Source: a virus. From it: a DNA stretch of 64,000 nt. The notes beneath the pieces were generated by a model that saw only the letters and a list, made by a program, of their open reading frames with translations, was not told the DNA's origin and searched no databases. Below are positions 59,601-64,000 of the stretch, piece by piece. Where the stretch lies: positions 8,790-72,789 of the IMG/VR virus record IMGVR_UViG_3300025617_001484; one strand, 5' to 3'. The position numbers and the translations under genes were made by a program. Position 1 is the first letter of the stretch; the number at the start of each line of letters is the position of its first letter.

Positions 59601-60633
59601 GCTCACTAGGATCATGGTTTCTTAGAATCTGAGAATCTGAATTAACAAAAGCTCTCCCCAAATTCCTAGTTAGAACATCAAGCCTCTCGTCAGATCCAAC
59701 GATTTGAGTATAGAAATCTATCTCAGCAACTTTAGATGGAGTACCAGAGGTAATATCCTCAATAATAAGTTTTCTTTCATAAACCTCAGCACCCTGTTCA
59801 GGAGCATTAACTGCAACATCAATCTGCAAAGCCTTGGAGGGTGTAGAAGCCTCTGGAGTCGAAACATATCCATTCGAATAGGAATCACTAGGGTAGTTTA
59901 TAACAGGGAAAACTATATTTTGATAGTTAGTTATAGTTGGGTCCCCATTTAACTCTGGGTCATTCTCGGTTATCTTATAAGTGAATATTACGTTTGAAAC
60001 ATCAACATCTCCGTAAGAGTCGGTTTCCCATCTAGACCTCCATAGAGGAGATCCGGTAGACCCAGTTGCTCCAGTGTGTGGAAATCCAATAAATGCTTGA
60101 TTGGTAGAGGAATCTCTAAACTCCTGTAAAACGAATATTTGTTCATTCTCGTACAATCCAGCAGAAACAGGTTCAAAGAAAATACTCCCCTTAAAATAGC
60201 CGCCCGGTAGATCCTGAGAAATGGTTTCACAATAGGAAATGTTTCCGTTGGATATTGCTGTAGGTCCAGTATATCCACTAATATTTACTGTTACAATCCC
60301 AGAAGATATAGAAGTTGATGATACAACAGCCTGTATAAGATTAGCTGGCTGTATACTAAGCTTCAGTGTTATCTTTCCTCCTCTTTGAATCTTATTGTTT
60401 ACCTCATTTGCCCACTGACTTATATTAAATCCATTAAGGTCTAATACGTTCAAATAGATGACATTACTAGAGAGAGAAATCAAAGAGATTCTACCAGCAC
60501 CTGGTGTAGTATTAGAAGATAGAGTCTCGTAATTGAAAGTGTATGTAAGAGGCACACCAGCAGTTGCCCCAACATATTCAAAGTTTAGTGGGTTACCCTG
60601 CTTATTATAAAATTTTAAATGCCTATCAGCCAT
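56602..60633 (-). CDS. Baseplate-associated structural protein (possible gp7-like wedge)
   Basis: 1343 aa; IGSYKGLIGALKFFGY..L.IKEYW segment; follows the gp25-like and gp6-like genes. Confidence 0.55.
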   Translation of the reverse strand: MADRHLKFYNKQGNPLNFEYVGATAGVPLTYTFNYETLSSNTTPGAGRISLISLSSNVIYLNVLDLNGFNISQWANEVNNKIQRGGKITLKLSIQPANLIQAVVSSTSISSGIVTVNISGYTGPTAISNGNISYCETISQDLPGGYFKGSIFFEPVSAGLYENEQIFVLQEFRDSSTNQAFIGFPHTGATGSTGSPLWRSRWETDSYGDVDVSNVIFTYKITENDPELNGDPTITNYQNIVFPVINYPSDSYSNGYVSTPEASTPSKALQIDVAVNAPEQGAEVYERKLIIEDITSGTPSKVAEIDFYTQIVGSDERLDVLTRNLGRAFVNSDSQILRNHDPSEPLPDYIEINEKRKELMVAGEEIFPYIGSYKGLIGALKFFGYQDLRIKEYWLNLNYQRVNLTPLQENQLFLDKYNNTKTPNQTVLIEDVLDNENTGKYRLEQTYGPNSSGEYVLDVSSENTLVPSRTYKKTSLFGLYYDINTTSSEVDPYGYPETPEAFAFTQEDILVKLFALKQRLKESYLPLNARIVDITGEGVYYNIYNTKAWTDTLERDEIDSGNNIDFISNPDFGFLEDLRAFGIRTDQFSIQAPMNYNNVVDVGVESIGPSGDAFRFSTSTSLNPSISIQRGKKYNFELNTANYDYDLYFTTDPGLSQIDPVGVTNNGATGGTVVFDVDPQATGPYYYYSTVNSSKMSGIVNVISSPVSDLGNLVEPLHNQQRYTAAENLSIIESIGNFYDLKMNGNIKDLGENLNTNSYLTAENCNVPVGMPVVMELQLDTWDWDEMSMSWDSLTLPTFTNQNGALTWRTIDFSAYNEIEWVINKSQNQVGSGYNFSHRGYAIDFYKLAHFLPYTGEYDVTCYLYDSFNFKNRKIVKSSVTVSPKSIQIDGWTRYRENEKYTWDLTIRDWDSYDSIWQYPAEGKTQDELKKEIPEQLLDFAIYGNNSIDGQIFKVGKNVESVGASGYIQINQDILDISKIYSLLISGSQYGFANVFTTQPHNFDDGADVFITGSIDDLNKSWKISIPPGSTGYSFQIPYILGNQAGVGATSGPSSIAGGTGYYVLNSSYPSQKVTGGGSISVLINDRVIGSTASGSNLQASANSIIKEINAVQTQPDYFAQTFAPTEIPVSINIVADADSGNIGNGDKLTVQLSGSLNLVSADSSLSGGVTGGFRYVDWDASSGTNPVEGLKYFGTKNLKWKSFTDSSWDNAYAHSWDDFEYENGWLGGYEIHSAKVGDNVKISTGSETFPFPVGVTFGGTGASAYLTLGSAASQLNASTDPNITNFYYRVIPENATATLTTNGPASVSIFPFAATGGTGSTPATVPGAPPPLVVSFTVATGP

Positions 60634-60636
60634 TTT

Positions 60637-61167
60637 TTAAAATACCCTTTTGTTATTAAATGGAACCGTATAATTAAAGAAATTTCTGATCTGCTTAACC
60701 GATTCAATTAGGGCAAATACTACCCTTTGCATGTTATTAAGAATTGCTATTTTCTGAGGATCTCTAAACATAACATTTGAAAGAGTTTTTTCAAAAATTT
60801 GGTTTTTATAGTCAAATCCCTCCTTAACATTATCGTTAATAGAATTCCTAATATCATAAATATTATCTGTTGGATCAAACTGATAATATCTCCTCTCCAT
60901 AGACTTCGGTTTAATATCTTTAGTAATCGCTACATATGTATCTAGACTAGAGCAGGGTGCGTAAAGTTGATTACCCAAAGCATCTGTAATTACCTTTCTG
61001 TAGCCAGAACACCCAATATTATAGGATCTTTCTTCTGCATCATTTATATTTTTATAAAGATCGTCAGAGGTTTCAAAATCAGTAGTGAATGTTTTAAACT
61101 TTAATCCCTTTACTGTATAGGTTTGTTCAACAGGTGGTAAAAATGGACTGTAATTTCTCTTCTGCAT
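60637..61167 (-). CDS. Hypothetical baseplate-region protein
   Basis: 176 aa; AEERSYNIGCSGY...PC motif. Confidence 0.6.
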   Translation of the reverse strand: MQKRNYSPFLPPVEQTYTVKGLKFKTFTTDFETSDDLYKNINDAEERSYNIGCSGYRKVITDALGNQLYAPCSSLDTYVAITKDIKPKSMERRYYQFDPTDNIYDIRNSINDNVKEGFDYKNQIFEKTLSNVMFRDPQKIAILNNMQRVVFALIESVKQIRNFFNYTVPFNNKRVF

Positions 61168-61168
61168 G

Positions 61169-62899
61169 TTATCTGTTTTGTTCCATTATTCTTGCCTTAG
61201 CCTGAGCATTAAGTTCACCCAAGAAATTTCTAGGATTGACCCCGGTAACCGAAATGTTCAAAGCAGAAGCCTTCCCAGTAACAATTCCTTCCTCGTAGGT
61301 AATTCCATATCTATCACTCCATCCACCTCGTAGCAATATAAGTTCTCCCCTTCCTATAATGATATCTCCATATTCATCAAATCCTACCTGTCGGTTTAGC
61401 TGTGCTGGAGATGCATTGGATAAATTATTAACGGTTTCGTGATATCTTTCATTTTCTTCCCCTGTAAAATAGAAAGAAACTGAATCAACCCCGTCTATTC
61501 CCTCGATTAACGCAATTATATCAGACTTAGGTATTCTGTCCCTTCTTTTAAGGTTGAGCATATATTCTGAAATTCTTTCTCTGACTTTATCCTTTAAAAC
61601 CTCCGGATCATATCCTTCAAATATGGACATAGAAACATTTCCAATAAATCTCTTAATCTCAGCATCTAGTATTTTAACAACAGTAGTGGCGATCATCCTA
61701 CCAGAATCCTCGATTAGATTAAGTAGAGAAAGTTTCTGTGATAAAGTAAGCAAAAACTGACTTTGTGGGATGTCAAAATAATCCTGGTTAGAAGTCATCG
61801 ATATAGTAACATCCGGGACTAAGAAAAGGTAAACGACATTGTCATCATCTAAATATTCGTCATCGAAAGTAGAGAAAGCCTGTATTTGCGAAAATATATT
61901 TAATTTTTGCAGGTATATCTCGTAATTTTCAGCATTTGCAAAGACAAAGGATCTACTTGTTTTGGGAGCTACTATTCTCGTTAATTCAATAGGCTCTGGA
62001 TCTGCACCAAAGCTAGGATCCAATAATCCAGTTACTACAATATAGTTATTCAAATTTACATCATTACCAAAAAGATCAGTCCCGCTGTCCAAGAATCTAT
62101 AAGTCAGGGTAACATCTGAGTTAGATTGTAAATTCCCACTAAATCCAGATGTCTGCAAATACTCAACGGTGATTATACTACCGGCTTGAGGGATTTTACC
62201 AAAATTGGAATTACCAAAGTATATGTCTATTCCCTCCGAGATCCCACTTTTAACTAAATAACCTTCACCCTCAAATGGTATATCATAAAGAGATTCGTAT
62301 TTTTTCCACGGATTTCCGTTTACAAAAACATTTACATAAAACTGGTCAATATAAGCACCTGCTTTGGATGGTAGATTAAAACTTTGTAGTGCTAATCCTG
62401 TTCCTGTAAATGTGGAAGAAGCAAAAGCACCTTGCACGATCTTGAAATTAAAAGCTCTTCCTCTAGAAAGAGGAACCTTAATCGACGGTGAATTAAGTAT
62501 AAGAGTGTATGGCAACCCATTTTGTATGTTCTGTAACTTTGGATTATTGCTGAGTATAACTGCTCCACCTCCAGCATCGTCTTCTTTTAAATTCCAAGCT
62601 ACTGATACCTCACCCTGAGCAGACATTCCCCTTACCGGATCATATCCCGCTATTCTAGCCAAACTTTTAACAGAGTAATTACGGGTTGCCTCTTGGATAT
62701 TTAATTCAGTAATAGAATCCTCTATAAAGTAAAGTATAAGCTGGGATAAATTTTCAAGTACAAAAAGTATTTGTCCCCAGGCAGAAGCAACTGTAAAAAC
62801 ATTCCTCGATTGGTTATACGTTCTTTGCAAGAATTCAAAAGAATCTCCTAGAAGACCTTTAATAAGGATGTTATTTTTTCTAAAAATGTTATTGGCCAT
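61169..62899 (-). CDS. Baseplate wedge protein, gp6/baseplate-J-like
   Basis: ATRNYSVKSLARIAGY, IYFGNSNFGKIP..GS.I.VEYL, GADPE..E..R..AP. Confidence 0.8.
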   Translation of the reverse strand: MANNIFRKNNILIKGLLGDSFEFLQRTYNQSRNVFTVASAWGQILFVLENLSQLILYFIEDSITELNIQEATRNYSVKSLARIAGYDPVRGMSAQGEVSVAWNLKEDDAGGGAVILSNNPKLQNIQNGLPYTLILNSPSIKVPLSRGRAFNFKIVQGAFASSTFTGTGLALQSFNLPSKAGAYIDQFYVNVFVNGNPWKKYESLYDIPFEGEGYLVKSGISEGIDIYFGNSNFGKIPQAGSIITVEYLQTSGFSGNLQSNSDVTLTYRFLDSGTDLFGNDVNLNNYIVVTGLLDPSFGADPEPIELTRIVAPKTSRSFVFANAENYEIYLQKLNIFSQIQAFSTFDDEYLDDDNVVYLFLVPDVTISMTSNQDYFDIPQSQFLLTLSQKLSLLNLIEDSGRMIATTVVKILDAEIKRFIGNVSMSIFEGYDPEVLKDKVRERISEYMLNLKRRDRIPKSDIIALIEGIDGVDSVSFYFTGEENERYHETVNNLSNASPAQLNRQVGFDEYGDIIIGRGELILLRGGWSDRYGITYEEGIVTGKASALNISVTGVNPRNFLGELNAQAKARIMEQNR

Positions 62900-62903
62900 C
62901 TTG

Positions 62904-63275
62904 TTAACTTACTTTCAATGATATTAAGGGACTCTGATCTCCCGAGCTAGGTATATAAAAATCTAGCAAGCAAATATCTCTCTGAGTTCCCTGATAAAAC
63001 TTTAAATCAAAATATCCACCCAATTGTGCAAAAAGAGGAACGTAATAGGTTAAACCCTTATGAATCTCGTCTCTAAGAGTTTTTTCTGAAAGATCTAAGC
63101 TAAAAACAAGATCTTCCAGATTAAGACCAAATTTTGGATCTCCCAAAACTTCCCCTTTATTGGTCAGCAAAAGCATTTTTAGCTGTCCAATGCAAATCTC
63201 AACAGGCTGAGTTATCTCAACAATGTTTTGTTTGTAATTAGGGTCTGATGGGTCTCTGTTATAAATCTCTACCAT
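62904..63275 (-). CDS. Baseplate gp25-like protein
   Basis: MLLLTNKGEVLGDPKFGLNLEDLVF; GATATATA upstream at 63295-63302. Confidence 0.8.
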   Translation of the reverse strand: MVEIYNRDPSDPNYKQNIVEITQPVEICIGQLKMLLLTNKGEVLGDPKFGLNLEDLVFSLDLSEKTLRDEIHKGLTYYVPLFAQLGGYFDLKFYQGTQRDICLLDFYIPSSGDQSPLISLKVS

Positions 63276-63306
63276 GGGAAATTTTAATTCCCCATATATA
63301 TCAAGA

Positions 63307-64000
63307 TTAGTTCCACTGTAAGAAATAGGAAGGAGTGTTCTCTCCGTTTATCATATCCATGACTTCTTGGAGTTCTTTTTCACCATCAGATCTTAGCTCA
63401 GAAGTGTTAACTCTCACTCCACCAGGGAGATTGTAGTCAAATGCACTTAGCACTCGGGAAAGAGAAATTTTGGCCTTAGCTAAGCAATATCTAACAAAAA
63501 GCTCGTCGTCATAAAGCTCGTAGTCATCGATTGCAATAAAACACCTAACAGCTACATCCATACCATTCTGGTTATAGCCAGTCCCAACTCCACCAGATCC
63601 GGATCTGTTAGGATCCCTACCAAGTATGGTTAGTTTTTTATTGTTCTTATTAAACTTAAAAGCAAAAGTAGAGAGGAGGTATGCTTGTGCAAGGTCAAAA
63701 TAAGAATACATTACTGTCCTATAAACGAGGTTATCTCCAGTAAATGGCGAAAGTAGCAATTCAGACCCCAAAAGCTTGGAGTCTCCAAAATCTCTATCCG
63801 GGGTACCAGCTATACCCATTCCGTTAACTTCTCTTACGTCATATACACTTACGATTTTCTCAGGAAGTTTTATTTGTCTAGTTCTTCTAAACTCCTCGTG
63901 GCCAAAAAGATTATTAGCAAGTATAAAAACCCTCTCCTCAGCTGCATACTGATAGTTATCATACATATAAGCCTTAGCCCTTTTTATAATCCTATGAATT
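63307..64000 (-). CDS. Neck/head-completion protein (gp13-like), start lies beyond the right edge of the window
   Basis: The frame stays open past the listed Met to the window end (..IHRIIKRAKAYMYDNY); C-terminal RYCLAKAK...LPGGVRVN...G.KE motif. Confidence 0.7.
   Translation of the reverse strand, partial: IHRIIKRAKAYMYDNYQYAAEERVFILANNLFGHEEFRRTRQIKLPEKIVSVYDVREVNGMGIAGTPDRDFGDSKLLGSELLLSPFTGDNLVYRTVMYSYFDLAQAYLLSTFAFKFNKNNKKLTILGRDPNRSGSGGVGTGYNQNGMDVAVRCFIAIDDYELYDDELFVRYCLAKAKISLSRVLSAFDYNLPGGVRVNTSELRSDGEKELQEVMDMINGENTPSYFLQWN

Noticed and set aside
1883-62618. Numerous 60-170 aa ORFs antisense to or nested within long genes
   Set aside because: They have no recognisable motifs and are fully overlapped by well-supported genes, as expected for shadow frames.
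1-64000. Stop-codon reassignment, as seen in some jumbo and Bacteroidota phages
   Set aside because: Conserved genes (nrdA, nrdB, uvsW, phoH) are full-length in the standard code, coding density is high, and TAA, TAG and TGA all terminate genes.
1-64000. tRNA genes, CRISPR arrays, introns or inteins
   Set aside because: Intergenic gaps are short, no cloverleaf or repeat-spacer pattern was seen, and nrdA, nrdB and the helicase have normal lengths. A dedicated scan was not possible.

Overview
A 64-kb segment of a large (jumbo-type) T4-related myophage genome, gene-dense, AT-rich and almost entirely minus-strand, read in the standard code. The host is probably Bacteroidota: DUF2452-like, DUF4494-like and Hc1-like genes are present, and ribosome-binding regions are A-rich with no Shine-Dalgarno sequence. 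The left half (1-30 kb) holds replication, nucleotide-metabolism and accessory genes: topoisomerase II large subunit, carbamoyltransferase, GT2-TPR glycosyltransferase, adenylate kinase, nrdAB, a gp56-like dCTPase/dUTPase, an N-terminal-only family-B polymerase, amidase, MBD4-like glycosylase, Hsp20, two nucleotidyltransferases, UvsW, UvsY, primase, gp32 and a RuvC-like nuclease. The right half (30.8-64 kb) holds tail, baseplate and neck genes with an inverted phoH. Main points of interest: (1) a five-gene overlapping operon built around a RuBisCO-like protein with a remodelled active site (NTP-transferase, cupin, RLP, phosphodiesterase, glycosyltransferase-like), a candidate novel sugar-nucleotide pathway; (2) strong dispersal of G-x-T-G motifs through the virion proteins, possibly glycosylation acceptors; (3) a family of proteins, including enzymes, carrying a T4 capsid-targeting-like K-x-F-x-x-F...E tag, mostly behind a shared GATATATA promoter-like motif; (4) a split DNA polymerase with a perfect 20-bp palindrome at its start. 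All product calls come from motif recognition by eye; no database search was run.
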